The notes beneath the pieces are model-generated. The model made no database searches and was not told the origin of the DNA. It saw only the letters and a program-made list of their open reading frames with translations. DNA of 64,000 bases from Rhizodiscina lignyota (lineage: Eukaryota). The DNA is taken from assembly GCA_010015805.1 (NCBI GenBank), contig ML978134.1, forward strand, positions 434,001 through 498,000, given 5' to 3'. Both the position numbers and the translations under genes were made by a program. Positions 1 through 13,494 of the stretch are shown one piece after another; position 1 is the stretch's first letter, and each line of letters begins with the position of its first letter.

Positions 1-833
1 TCCCAATTGACTCTTTCACCATAGTATTCCAGCTTCGCCTTTCCATCTATTTCCTCAATGCACCAGTTGTCTTTATATGCCTCTAGTCTCTCGGCGAAAT
101 CCTTCTTGACGAAATCCTTCATGTACTCTGTCACGGTCTGGAACTCATGCGGCGATAATCGCACAACTTGCGCCGGAGTCAGCCGAATTATACGGAACCA
201 TTCTTGAGCGCTATGCTTCATATCGTAGCCGACCTCATGTTGTAGCTGGGATATCTAGAAAAGCCATGTTGCTAAGGTGTGCTTAGGCTTGAGTCGTGTA
301 TGTAAAACCTGTGCGGAAATTGGGGCGTAGACAGAGATTGTATAAGGTTTCTGACAGGAGCACAGTGGCTGGGGGTTGCAAGTTCTTCTGCGAATGTTAT
401 CCAGGGAAATGAAAAGAATCTGGAAGAGAAACAGTATTGATTCAAAAACTGGTGTGTGCGCACTCTACAGAAACTAGGGCAGCAGAATCAACATTGTTAT
501 GACGAGCTGCCATTTTCAACCACGGCCCTGAATGCTCAGCGACATCGCCACTAAAAACCTTGCTACCAAAAACAAGCCACTCCTAGAAATTGTTCCAATT
601 TGAGAAAGCGTCGTAGGTGGCACTCTAAACCGTGAGCCCCCCATCAACGCCATGTCCGCCACCACTTCTTCTTCGCTCATTTCGATCCACGTAATGTTAC
701 CACACATGAACATCATCTTCTTTTCAGATTTGCCACAGTGCGCACATGGTTGCGAGAGGACTATGCCTCCAAACCCTGCCAGGAAAAACGTTCAGCTTAG
801 TTAAGCTTCGATGTTGGAGTGAGTAAAACTTAC
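1..833 (-). pseudogene. Degenerate/internally deleted paralog of the adjacent MYND zinc-finger gene (runs off window start)
   Basis: Frame 254->1 reads YPSYNEVGYDMKHSAQEWFRIIRLTPAQVVRLSPHEFQTVTEYMKDFVKKDFAERL and aligns ungapped to YALKHCIQDWCDLNHMNFQGLVRQREEWFQERASDLHQFVSGAFDEKI of the neighbour. Segment ~777-600 has a half MYND motif (CAHCGKSEKKMMFMCGN) joined to SEEEVVADMALMGGSRFRVP (cf. SEKEEAILSCSCYGESAFMAP). No ATG or complete ORF found. Confidence 0.55.
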
Positions 834-1128
834 CCGCTTCGTGGGAGCCGCCCAACTGTTACTTAGGGTTGGAAACCCTACTTCGCCTCGGAGCTGTTGA
901 GAGATATAACCTAAAAGTTTATGTGTGTCCACTGGTGCCTCCGCGGAAACTAGCGGCACAATCAAGGAGTGTTATGACGAGTGAGCCAAGATATCAGGTG
1001 AAATATTTCTTCCTGCTCATATGGATTCTGAAAAGAGACAGACCAATCGATTCAGAGTAGACGTATCGTCAAACCGTGCATCGGGATAATTCGTACGCGT
1101 CGCACATCACCTCCACCACACGCAGCCG

Positions 1129-2717
1129 CTAAACATGGTGGTTTCTTCGAGTATCCGTCCGCCCCTCTGCGTCGAGATCCATGCCCATAGCCAGGATGTC
1201 CTCCGCAATTTCCGTGTCACTCACTTCAACCTCTTCAGCTAGCGTCCTCTCGACCATTACGACAAGCCTATCATCCTTCATAGCGAGACTCCAAATACCG
1301 CGATTCTCAAAATCCGTGATCTTCTCGTCGAAAGCCCCAGAGACAAACTGGTGCAGGTCGGATGCCCTCTCCTGGAACCATTCTTCTCGTTGCCTGACCA
1401 ACCCTTGAAAGTTCATGTGATTCAAATCGCACCAGTCCTGAATGCAATGTTTCAAGGCGTATGCCATGTTAAGCTCGAAATGGTAGTCGCCCACACTGCG
1501 GAAGATTTCGCCAAATTGTTCGTCTCGTCTCACGAAGTGCAAGCGCGATCTCTTGAACTGGGTCCATTCCACCGCAGGTTCGGGCCAGCCGTACTGAGCG
1601 CCCGTAATATCCACCGCAAAGATGCTGCCACTCTTCATGGAAACTTTTAGGACGTGGTGGTCGATGTATGCGTTATTGGTCTTGCGATTCTGATCGTCGA
1701 TTATAGCAATCGGACGCTTCACGTTTCGGACCTGGCCGCTTATCTCTCTAATGCTCTTTGTCGGCGAGTCTGCTCTCTGTCAGATTGACATCGACACATT
1801 GTTAAGGGAGAGTGATAGTGACCTCCAACTCCAAGCACGAGGTCAACAATTGGCGCCATGAAGGCAGATTCCCCATAGCACGAGCAGGACAGGATAGCCT
1901 CCTCTTTTTCCGACAGTACAGAACCATTGCTAATAAAGCGACGGGTCGGGAAAGTATCTTTCCCGCGTTCCTTAAGTACAACGTTCAGAATCCCATGTTG
2001 CTCGACAGTATCGACACCGGACGAGATGAAGCAGCGTCGACGTAGGATGTAGAACAAGTCACGAAGGATTGAAGCTGCCCGAGGAAGGAAGATTAACTCT
2101 TGCCTCTGCCTGCAGATACTCCTGTGCTTCTGCCAGTGCTCTTTTTGACATCGCTGGTTGCAGTATCTAGCCGGGCCACCCTCAACAGTTGTATCCCTGC
2201 AGCCAATGCACAGCAATAGTTTTTCAGGCTGAGCACCGCAGCACGCACATGACCTTGCCTCTCTGTGAGTCGCCGGTGGACCAGGATTCGAAATGTCTTC
2301 ACCTTCGCCAGGGAAGCCTCTGGCAGCCATCGCCATTTTGCTGAATATGCGAACTCTCCATGACCTCTTCTTGTCCTCAGGATCCGGATATGCTTCAGTG
2401 TAAACCAATGCAATGTCTTGCAGGTCTTGAAAGAACCGTTCTTGTGGATCGACGACTTGCCCAGTATGTGTCTGTGCCTTCTCCGCCAGATCTTGGATGT
2501 ATCTTGCTGTGGCAATACCGGATAAACATCGAGATGAATCGCGATTCGCTACGAAGCTCAATAGCAGCTCTAACGCGGGCCAGGTCCTTTTTGCGCTATC
2601 GATGAACACGTCGTCAGGTGCCGCATCAAGGATCCGTAGATAGACGCAGATAGGATCAGCTTCATCCAAAGCGTTGATGTCGTCAACAACAGATGCTGGG
2701 ACAGAGGACGAACGCAT
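1129..2717 (-). CDS. MYND-type zinc finger protein (2 exons; intron 1770-1822)
   Basis: CACCG...CIGC...YCNQRCQKEHWQKHRSIC MYND motif; AVDITGAQYGW motif of a fungal MYND family; GTCACT...CTGAC...CAG intron joins the two ORFs in frame. Confidence 0.85.
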
Positions 2718-3210
2718 TTTGAGCGCACCGATTTCGATGGTCTAAGAGGATGAGAGTATTTGAGCTTTGCGATACGGCGTTATGAAGCCCCTAAAGATGC
2801 AATGAGTATGATCTAGCTGGGTGGGAAGACTGCTGTTTCTGTGAAGGCTTTGTCAATGGACTATGAAGACTTTTTCGGTGGAGTATGAAGAGCGAGGCTA
2901 AGCGTAGCTACGCATAGATGTCAGCGCCTGTTTAAAAAAGAAGTAACGGTGAACTGAAAGGAGGTAAGAGCCAAGGCATCAAGTAAAAGTACTTCTTCCT
3001 GTTCATACATATTCTGAAAGGAAGGACCGATCGAGTCGAGAAAATGGTATGTACAGTGGCCGTCCCAAGAAGTATAACGAAACGCTCAACGATATGGACC
3101 AACCGTTACTGTCAATGACTTGCAGCATTCCGACAGAGTAAACGCCTTTTAGATCCTGGCTTTTTGTTTGAACTTGATGTTCCTTCTGTAATCCATTCCA
3201 AGAATAAGTA

Positions 3211-4606
3211 CTACCGCCTGTGCTGTGCCGTCTGTTCAAACGACTCTAGCACTTCCTTCACCACGTCTTGAGTCTGAACACCAGCGCCGGCATCTCGCGA
3301 TCCGTCCGTCTTATCCGCTTCCTTCCTGTAGGTCTGGGTCGAAGTCGCCGTTCCCTGTGGAGATTCCAACATCTTCGCTGCCACTGTCTTTGCCTGTCCT
3401 TCGCTAACCTTCCCATACACCGCCATAGCACTGGCAATCATGCCACTGATATCACCCACATTGCCCGGCACGACCACCGCTGTGCCCTCTTTCGCTAGGT
3501 TGCCGAATGCATCCACGTATTTCTCTGCAACTCTCAGGCTCACGGCATTCTGGGCATTCTCCTGGCCGTCCGCAATCGCTCGTGCAACAGCGTCGATACC
3601 GGAAGCTGTAGCATTGGCCTTCAGCAATATCGCCTCTGCCTCACCACTCGCGGTATTAATTTGCTCCGCCTTCAGTGCCTCGGACGCTAAGATGACGCTC
3701 TGCTTCCTTCCCTCGGCAATATTAATTGCGCTCTGTCTTTGACCTTCCGACTCAAGGATCTCCGCACGCTTTGATCGCTCCGCAGTGACTTGTCGGTGCA
3801 TTGCCTCCACCACACCTGCTGGTGCATGGATGTCACGGATTTCGTAGCGTAGGCACACGACGCCCCAGTCTTGCGCAGCTTCGTTGATCGCAGCAGTGAT
3901 GTTCGAGTTCAGATTTGCCCGCTCTTTGAGGACGTGGTCGAGGGTGAGCTGGCCGATTTCCGAGCGCATGGTAGTTTGGGCGAGCTGCGAGATTGCGTAC
4001 TCGGCGTCTTCGACTCCATAACTAGAAACCTTATTAGCGGAACCGAAGCTTTATGCTTTAATCAGAAAGAGTTGTGCGGGCATACCTAGCCTTATATGCA
4101 TCGAAGACCCTTGTATACAGGACGCCATCGAGCTCCAACGTGACGTTATCTGCCGTGATGGCACTCTGGCTCGGAATCTCAATGGCTGCCTCCTTCAAGC
4201 TCTTCACATACGCAATTCGATCAAGAAGAGGTATCAATATCGCCAGGCCAGGTTGCAATATTCGATTAAACTTCCCCATTCGCTCTACGATCCATGCTGT
4301 CTGTTGCGGCACGAAGCGAATTATCGTATTCGCTGGTAGGCTGGGGCGCTGAAAGTATGACTGCGGAATGCCACCGCCAGAGGATCCGCCGGTGAGAGAA
4401 AGGAGACCGGAGTTTCCTGCCGGTGCGGAGGAGAAGGGCGAGGTTGTGATGTGTCGTCTGTGGATGGGTTGCCTTTGGCGATTTTGGGAGCGAAGGAGAG
4501 GCAATGTAGGTGCGGCGAGAATGGGAGAGGTTGTATGCAGCGGATTACGTTGTGTTGCTCTGAGAGTGCTCCTGAGAGCGCCCTCGACGAGCTCTGCTCC
4601 AGCCAT
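3211..4606 (-). CDS. Stomatin-like SPFH/Band 7 protein (SLP-2 type, likely mitochondrial); intron 4022-4085
   Basis: FVPQQTAWIVERMGKF, AITADNVTLELDGVLY, KASYGVEDAEYAISQLAQTTMRSEIG, LRYEIRDI and AERSKRAEILESEG are typical of STOML2. Confidence 0.93.
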
Positions 4607-4777
4607 TGTCGAATTCCTAGAGTTGGTGGAAGTGTGCGCTGTGAAGAACAGACGAAGGCGCGGACGAAAGCTGCGGAAGGTGATGCAAGAACGGGCGTTT
4701 ACGCCAAGCCCGGAAGCTACCATATACATAAACCTCCACTTTCCTTTTGAACTCAACCTTCAACAGATATTGCGGAC

Positions 4778-5687
4778 ATGTCAGAATACTGGAAATCAAC
4801 AGTAAGTCACTCAAGGCGGTGGATTTATATCACTGAAGCTAACATGTGTGCAGCCAAAATACTGGTGCAAGTTCTGCAAGGTCTACGTCCGCGATACAAA
4901 GTTCGAACGCCAACAACACGAAGCCACCGGGCGACACCAAGGAAACATCCAACGCTCACTTCGAGGTCTCCACCGCGACCAAGAGCGAGAAGAGCGCGAG
5001 AAGCAGCGCGCAAAAGATGAGGTCGCGAGGCTGAACGGAGAGGCTCAAGGCTCGAGCTCAGGTTCTCCAAATGAGCCACCCTGGAAAAAGAAGAATGCAG
5101 CTCCACCACCTGCGCCAAGACAAGCCACTGCGGAAGACCGTAAAAGACAGATGCTGCAATTGGCAGAAATGGGGGTTGCAATTCCTGAAGAGTTTCGGAG
5201 AGATATGGCGATGGCGAGCGAGTGGCAGACTGTGTCGGAGAGAATTGTTGGTGGACGGAGCCAAAAGAAAGAAGAGGATGAAGATTTGGATATCAAACCG
5301 GAGGCGAGGAGTATAGGGGTTCGGAAACGGAAGTTAAATGGGGAAGAGGAGGAAGATGAAGCGGCCGGACAGCCTGTGAAGCAGGCTTGGGGATCGGCAT
5401 TCAAGAAATTTCCGGGATCGAAAGGCGCTGATGAAGATCTGGATGCGCTGCTGGGTGGCACAAAGCCGACTGTCAAGTCTGAAAGTGTCGTAAAGAAGGA
5501 GGAGGATCCAGATGATATCCCAATCAAGCGCGAAGAAAGTGCCGGAGACACGGAGGATAAGGCGGGCATCGCGAAGGTCGAATCCGACATTCAAGTTAAG
5601 CAAGAAGACGGCGAACCAGCACCTGCCGCAGCGTCGAACTCAGGGGAGAGCCCTATTGTGTTCAAGAAGCGGAAGAAGAAGCCTTGA
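4778..5687 (+). CDS. U1-C-type (matrin) zinc-finger protein, WBP4/FBP21-like; intron 4802-4853
   Basis: Spliced N-terminus MSEYWKSTPKYWCKFCKVYVRD...HEATGRHQGNI; C-terminal VFKKRKKK. Confidence 0.88.
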
Positions 5688-5750
5688 AGCAAAATATCAA
5701 GAATGGAAGGAGATCAATTATCAGCTGTCAAGCATTATCCGCGATACGAC

Positions 5751-6595
5751 TCATGGCTGCTTTCCTTCCTTCGCCCACGCCTCCTCCACAATATCAGCCA
5801 GCTCACCCAAGCTCCCGACACGCCATCCATACTTTGCTCTTTCCTTCAACTCCCCGCTCACCTCACCCATGGCCCCCTTCCGATCAACCCACACACCGGT
5901 TTCGAACCCTCCCTCCGTCGTCGGCACATGGTCGTGGTGAAGCGACTGCGCAATGTGCCAGATTTCATCCTTCTTGATACCGAAATCCTTCTCGACGTGC
6001 GATACAAGGTACTCAAAGTTGCGAGGATCCGGCTTGTACGAGCCAATGTCCTGCGCCGTGTAAATGGCCGAGAAATTGACGTCTTTAAGGGGTCCGGAAA
6101 GGGTGCGTGAGAATGAGGCATTATCGACGTTCGAAAGAGGGGCGAGTCTGAGAGACTAAATCAGCGGGTTGGCTAAAACAATCAGATATGAAAACTGGCT
6201 TACTTGTAGTACTTTCCAAGTGTCTGCATCGCCTTCACAGTATCTGGAAATGCTGGCCATGTGCCAATGCTGTGCGCAAAATCATCGGACGTCTTCTCTA
6301 CATCTGGCGTGATTTCGATGCCTTCAGCTTTAAGCACACGCCTGTATACCTCCGCAAGGAGCTTCGAATATTCTAAACCGGGTTGTTCTTGCTGGAGTTT
6401 GCGCTCTTCGCGCTCGTAAGTCTCGAGGATGTATGCGCGCGTTTTGAGCTTGTGGGAGTCTGGTAGGGAAGCGATAGGCGCGGAGGTGAGGAGAGCGTTG
6501 GCAATGCCACCCTCCCAGTCGATGAGGGTGCCGTAGATGTCGAAGGAGCAGAATTTGAAGTGGGTTGGAGATTGGGATGGCGGTACTTGTGTCAT
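5751..6595 (-). CDS. Haloacid dehalogenase (type II)-like HAD hydrolase; intron 6148-6203
   Basis: FDIYGTLIDWEGG (motif I), WPAFPDTV, LSNVD, IGSYKPD, HIAQSLHHDHVP. Confidence 0.92.
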
Positions 6596-7272
6596 TTTGA
6601 AAGTGGACTTGAAATGCAGAATATCTTAAAACAATTTCCGGTCAATTGGACGCAAAGGGCCTTCCTTCAGTTTTCCTGGAGAATGAAATGTGAAAGTGAA
6701 CAGAGCCTGACCTTGCTGTCAGCTTTATAAAGTTCGCGACGCGACTTATCGCGTCACCACGCCCTCTTGTACTGCAGCAAATATCATTGTCTTGCGACAG
6801 ACATGTCTAGAGCTCGTTGATCTTTGGAGGAGTTCCAGGCCAAATCTGAACACCGTTGAAGCCCGCCCCCTTTAGGTAGTCGATGAGTAAAGGGCGTGCA
6901 GCTGCAGAGAAATGCACGGTAGCAAGGGAGTGGAAGAGATGGACCGAAATGGAAGTTCCTCTCTGCAGGTGCTCACTAGGACACCGCCACACCGCGAAGG
7001 ACCTCAAACCAACGAAAAGAAATCCTACTCCGATGACCGGCTCCTTAGGCCTCTTACCGGAGTATCATCAGCCCTGAGAAGCGCGGTGATGCAGCTGCCC
7101 CACCTTGATCTCCATCGCGTGCCGTCATGCGAAGAGGGGTCTGGAGGTGCCGATTCTAACCGCTCAGCAAAAGGTCAATGGCGACACGGTAAGAGGCACA
7201 TGTCACGCTGTAACTGTCGCTATCCACGATCACGCTTTCTGTCAGAGTTTGTATAGTCAAAGCGTCTTCCTC

Positions 7273-9285
7273 ATGGGTTCCAAACGTGCTTTCCAGGCGT
7301 TCTTATCGTCCAATTGCATCCTTTCCATTCCTCATTCTCGATCTACTTCAGCTCCTCATTCCGCAAAGAAGGCCTTGATAGCTACACTTCAAAGAAGAAA
7401 CATGGCGACAATTGCAGATTTCAAAGTCCCAGCTATTGGTAATGAGCCGAACGTATGTATGGTAATTCAATTGAGAACGGAGACTGTGGACTAACCGCTA
7501 CGCCAGCAACACTATGCGAAAGGCTCCAACGATCGTCAACAATTGGAAGCTGCTGTTGAAGCTCTGAAGACAAGAGCACCACTCGAAGTGCCAATCGTAG
7601 TTGGTGGCAAAGAGGTACATCTCTGCCATGAGTAATACCACAAACCATACATATGCTAACGTGCATTCTAGATTCGCAGCTCCTCCATCCTCACGCAAAA
7701 CAACCCTTCGTCCTACAAAGATGCCGTTGCAAAATACTCCAACGCGGGACCAAGCGAAGTCAGTGCGGCAATTGACTCTGCGTTGAAGGCCAAGGAGACA
7801 TGGGAAAGTCTACCTTTCGCAGACAGGGCGGCTGTCTTCTTGAAGGCAGCAGACCTCATTTCTGGGAAATACAGATATGAAATCATGGCAGCGACCATGA
7901 TAGGACAAGGCAAGAATGCATGGCAAGCTGAGATTGACGCTGCAGCGGAGCTTTGTGACTTCTTGAGGTCAGTAAAGACCATTGAGTCTACCTATTTACG
8001 GCAGCAGGGCTGACAAATGGCACAGGTTCAACGTGAAGTATGCCCAAGAGCTATATGGCCAACAGCCTATCTTCAACTCGGCAGGTGTCTGGAAGTACGC
8101 TCTCTTATCCCTATCATTTCGATCCCAGCATGTCGCTAATCATATTAACCCAGCCGCCTCGAATACCGTCCTCTCGAGGGCTTTGTTTACGCCATTACCC
8201 CATTCAACTTCACTGCCATTGGCGGCAACCTACCCGCAGCACCTGCATTAATGGGCAATGTCGTATTATGGAAACCTTCTCCCTCTGCTATTGCATCAAA
8301 CTGGCTCGTCTACAACGTCTTGCGCGAGGCAGGCCTCCCACCAAACGTAATTCAATTCATACCGGGTGACGCGGAGGAAGTCACAAAGACCGTCCTAGCG
8401 CACCCACAGTTTGCGGCACTGCATTACACGGGCAGTACCGCAGTTTTCAGAAGTATATACGGTAAGATTGCTCAAGGTGTAGCGGAAGGGAAGTACAAGG
8501 GATATCCAAGGATAGTCGGCGAGACCGGTGGCAAGAACTTCCATGTCGTTCACCAAAGTGCAGACGTCGAGAACGCAGTCATCCAGACTGTTCGCGGAGC
8601 GTTTGAGTACCAAGGCCAGAAATGCAGTGCCTGCAGCCGCGCATATGTACCCGCGTCAATCTGGCCGCAATTCAAAGAGCGACTCGTTGCGGAGACGAAG
8701 GCACTGAAGGTCGGACCCCCAAATGACTTTGGAAATTTCATCGGACCCGTCATCCACGAGGCCTCGTTCAAGAAGCTATCCGGCGTTATCGACAACGCGA
8801 AGAGCGACAAGGAGCTCGAACTTATTGTTGGCGGCACGTACGACAATAGCGCAGGATACTTCATCCATCCGACGATTTACGTCTCGAACAATCCGAACCA
8901 CGAACTCTTCTCCCGCGAGCTGTTCGGGCCCATCCTCGCACTGCACGTGTACGACGACGCGGATCCCGTCACCTCGTTCGAAGACATCTGTAAAACCGTC
9001 GACCAGACATCAGAGTATGGTCTCACGGGTGCTGTTTTTGCTTCCGACAGGAACGCGGTTCGCTACGCCGAGGATGCACTGCGCAATTCTGCAGGCAACT
9101 TCTACATCAATTGCAAGAGCACAGGAGCGGTTGTGGGTCAGCAGCCATTCGGTGGTGCGAGGGCCAGCGGGACAAATGACAAGGCCGGCAGTGCAAACCT
9201 ATTGAGCAGGTTTGTTAGCATGAGGGCTATTAAGGAGGAATTTGTGCCGACGGGGAAGGTGGAGTATCCAAGTAATGAATTGTAG
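7273..9285 (+). CDS. put2: Delta-1-pyrroline-5-carboxylate dehydrogenase (PrnC/Put2); 4 introns (7453-7506, 7615-7671, 7968-8025, 8095-8153)
   Basis: GQGKNAWQAEIDAAAELCDF, YTGST, GETGGKNFH, FEYQGQKCSACSR, ELFGP, GARASGTNDKAG; basic, Ser-rich N-terminal presequence. Confidence 0.96.
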
Positions 9286-10082
9286 TGGATGGCTTGTGTG
9301 GGGCTACGATTGGGGTGAATCTGAAAGCTGGTAAAAGTTCTTGTAGAGCATCTTGATCACCACAATCTAGAATGCATAGTCGGACGGTAGATATCTGCTG
9401 TTCCTAATGTCCGGGCGAAACTATCACGAAAGACTTGCGGCCCTATTCAAGCTTGTTTGTGCTGGCTGGATACATTGTTCAACCCGTGCCATACGGATCA
9501 TAGTGTGATTAGTGTCTTGACCAAAACAACCTTCAGAAGCAAGTGGTGTGATATATGGTTCCATAAGCATTATTCAGTCTTAAAGACGTCCGGCGGAGAA
9601 TATTTGATCGCCTACGCCTCCATGTCTATCCTTGTCGTTTCCGACATAACTATATCCCCAATTATAAACTCTACTCTCGCGCGACGATCAAACTTCTTTA
9701 ATGCATGCAACCTTTCCCTGCCACGCCTTCTAAGACTGGTTGTGAGAAAGAGCATGGAAGGTATGGCAGGGATAAGGTGCATGCATTAAAGAAGTTCCCT
9801 CCTCGCACGACTTGAGCATTAGTCCCCCCAACACGTATTGGTTAGTCTCCCGAGTATTGATAAGTTGTGAACCAACTTGAGACGATGGTGTGCTGTCGTA
9901 AAAGCAGCTAAACTTAACTCCGAAGAGGGTCACGGATTTATGACTGAAATGGGAACCGATACTTTGAACTATGTGCAACATATATTTAGAGGCTCAAATC
10001 TCAATCACCTGTTCGACAATAATATAGCAATTACTTTGAGGTTCCTTCCACGGTCCTTATAAACCCAGAACAAGCTTCAGAG

Positions 10083-11335
10083 ATGGCAACAGACTATGAA
10101 TTCCAGGGTTGGCTTGGCAAGGGCCCCGAGAGCGTTGACGGGAAGATGGAATGGGGTGCCTTTGAGCCGAAGAAGTGGACCGAGAATGATGTCGACATCC
10201 AGATCTCCCACTGCGGGATTTGTGGCACCGACCTACACGTCTTGCGCTCTGGATGGAGCCCAACCCCATATCGTGAGGCCATGCTCTGCTTTCACCCCTT
10301 TCTCATTCCACGTTCCCTCGTTCCCGAGCTAATGATGGGATGTAGCTTGCTGCGTTGGCCACGAGATTGTCGGTCGGGCCGTCCGCGTCGGCCATAACGT
10401 CAAAGACATCAAAGTCGGAGACCGTGTCGGCGTTGGCGCACAGGCCCGGAGCTGTCTGCAGTCGGACTGTCCAGAGTGTACCGCTGGGCTGGAGAACTAC
10501 TGCTCCAGGGAGAACACCAACACATACGGTAGCATCTACCCCAACGGGGAAGGCAAATCGTATGGCGGCTATGCAGACTACAATCGCACGAACGGCCACT
10601 TTGTCTTCAAAATTCCCGATGGGATACCTTCGGAATTTGCTGCGCCCATGCTATGTGGCGGTGCAACGGTCTTCTCTCCGTTGAGAAACAATGGCTGTGG
10701 ACCCGGCAAAAGCGTAGGTATCGTGGGTGTGGGAGGTCTCGGCCACTTCGGTGTCCTCTTTGCTAAGGCGCTCGGGGCAGACAAGGTTGTGGGAATTTCC
10801 AGGAGGGAATCGAAGCGAGACGACGTCCTGGCCCTCGGAGCTGACGATTACATTGCAACAGAAGACGATAAGGATTGGGATACGAAAAATGCGCGGTCGT
10901 TGGACCTCATCGTTAGCACCGTTTCCCACTCACAAATGCCTCTGAATTCGTACCTAAGGCTGCTCAAGGTCGGTGGAAGCCTCGTTCAAGTTGGGTAAGT
11001 TTTATCCTCTGGTCTGATGGCAAAACGAAAGCCATTTAGTGTTCTTGCTTTCCGCTACTGTTATTAGCGGCTTACTTTCAGGTTGTAGTGCCCCTGACGG
11101 AGGCGAGCTCCCTAAAGTTAATGCCTTCACTCTTATTCCAAATAGGATTAAGATTGGGGGCAGTTGGATTGGCTCGCCTAACGATATAGAGGCCATGCTG
11201 GAGCTTGTAGCGAAGCAGAATGTGAAGCCTTGGATCCAGACAAGGTCACTGAAGGATGCGAACCAGGCCGTCCTTGATATGGTTGCGGGGAAGGCTCGGT
11301 TCAGATACGTTCTGATCAACGAGAAGTATGCGTAG
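10083..11335 (+). CDS. Zinc-binding NADPH-dependent alcohol dehydrogenase (Adh6/cinnamyl-ADH family); 2 introns
   Basis: CGICGTDLH, spliced YPCCVGHEIVG, APMLCGGATVFSPL, GVGGLGHFG, GKARFRYVL. Confidence 0.94.
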
Positions 11336-11434
11336 AGGGAACGAGACTGCTTGCCGTAAATTTCTACTATGATTCATGGCACCTCTACATGGACTGCTGA
11401 AGGTTCAAGTTTGTGTGGCATCTTCCAATCAATC

Positions 11435-12592
11435 CTACACAAAAGCCCAAAGTGCCTCTCCAATGACGAGAACACCAGCCCAGTAAGAGATAATGACTGG
11501 GCAGTTCGATGTAGGAGCGGCAGCGCTCGGTGACGATGTCGAGGCAGCTGAACCAGATGCCGACGCAGGATCAGACGCGGCAGCGTTTCCGCTTTCACTG
11601 CCGGTTGCTGCCGCATTTTCCGACTTGTATGGAGAAGCTGTAACCAGATAAGTGGTGCTCGATGCCGCAAATGTGTAAACCGAGCCACTCGGTGGGCTTG
11701 TTACGATTCCAGGTGTGTCGTACAGAGTCTTGGTTCCGCTTGACGGTAGATTTGATGCCGCGTAGTATTCACCTTTGCCAGGGAGTTTGGGGAAGCCCAG
11801 ATCTTGTACGCAGTTGAACGAATCAAGGGTGGAATCGCACGTCGAGAATCCTTCTCCACCAAGTGCCAACTGTGCGCCGCTCTCAATCTTCGACAGATCC
11901 AAAAGCGAGGGATCTGTGTCTGGACAGATATCGTACACCCTACCAAACCTCATCAGCCATGCCAAAATGGTGGCCATCTCAGCCAGCTCATGAAGAAGAG
12001 AACACGCTTACGTTGAGATTGCTCCACTGGCTGCACAACATGCACAGCCTGTGATATTATTCTCTGCCTGCGACGGATCGCTGATCGAACTCCCTGCCTT
12101 TTTGGAACAAGTGCCGCTTACAGAGAGACTGTTGACGACCGTGTCGTAAACATTCTCCAAGTTACACGAGCAAGAGTTTGGCGCATCTGCGGGTGCTGGC
12201 CAGAACGGGATTTTGTTCGTCTTTGACACGGCGCATTGGTCTGCTACTGCGATAACAAACTTTTGATAGTCGCATGTGTAGGCCTGAAGAGGGAACGCAC
12301 GTTAGCAAAGTCCTTGGGCATCTCTGGCGATCTATCATACCCTGTTCCAACAGCTCGCCACGAAACAGCCAATCTGAACTTCGTACATATAGCACCCGCA
12401 GACAATGATACAATCACGGTCAGTGCCACATGCCCTAATGCATTTTTCTCCACCTAAAGATGCGTTGTCGTAGCAGGATTGGAAATCTGACGGAGCTACA
12501 CATCCAGCGGACGTCAAATTCTGCGCGAGGGACGGTGGCACAGCCCACGCAATGGCAACAGACGCAGACACGAGCTTTGAGAACTGTCGCAT
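11435..12592 (-). CDS. Secreted cysteine-rich, probably GPI-anchored cell-surface protein; 2 introns
   Basis: Signal peptide MRQFSKLVSASVAIAWAVPPSLA; many Cys; PFWPAPADAPNSCSCNL and CACCAASG; Ser/Ala-rich stalk and hydrophobic C-terminus. Confidence 0.8.
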
Positions 12593-13494
12593 GGTGAGGA
12601 TCGAACTCGACGATTATCGACTGAGTTGATTACGGCGAAGCACTACGCGACTCCAGGATGCGTTGGCGACCGTGACTTCTTAGAGTCTCTCGAGCTCCTT
12701 CCTATGCTCAAGAACTGAGAGATCGGTCGCTCTGGCCAAACGCCTCCGAGCGGCAGAGGGAGTGCAACTCTGCCTATGGTAGTACATACTTATGGCATCG
12801 CTGCGGGAGCTGGACAGATTTAAGGGGCCTTAGGCGCGGTGGCTGAGGACGAGAATGATTGTGTAAAGCCCTAATTGAGAATCGAGGCTATTGGAACTGC
12901 AGGGGCTGCTGGCCTCTGGGACAAGAAGGTTGACAGAAATTAGCCTGACACAAATCGACGGCGTCTCTTCTGCACCGTGTGAGTCCAAGCGCGAACTTAA
13001 CCATCGTCATTTGAATGGAGGACAACAATCTCGAGGGCAAGATACGTAGTGGCGCGAACCGCCGACGTTGACCCTGCACCCTGCACTTTCAGGAGGCGTC
13101 GAGGTTCGGGCTGTAGAGTAGTTTTCCCCGGGCTGCTCGTTCGACCGTGGTGTCGGAACCTCCCTAGGACTCTCATCACGTACACGCCACGCGTCTTGCA
13201 GGCAAGAGTCGCTTTGGAGCTGGCAAGGCGTATTATCAGGATACAAAGTACTGATAACTTTGATGCCGCCACCTACGCTCGCCTCCCAGCCATTCAACGC
13301 GTTGACATCATCGACAACCCAATTCCTCGGGGCACGCGCAGATGCATCAGAGTCGCGTCGCGAGCTTCTCAACCCTCGACAACCGCGCTCCAAGTCGGTC
13401 ATAAACAGTTGCTCATGCAACAGCAGAGCTTCGAAATTTGGCCACATCTTTCCCGCCAGGTCCAGAACAGGGGGTGCCTTGGTGTATTTTCATC

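Noticed and set aside
6738..6755. 7-bp inverted repeat GACGCGA-CTTA-TCGCGTC near the HAD TATA box
   Set aside because: Too short to distinguish from chance
12888..13494. Overlapping 90-150 aa ORFs between two divergent genes
   Set aside because: No motifs or coherent exon structure
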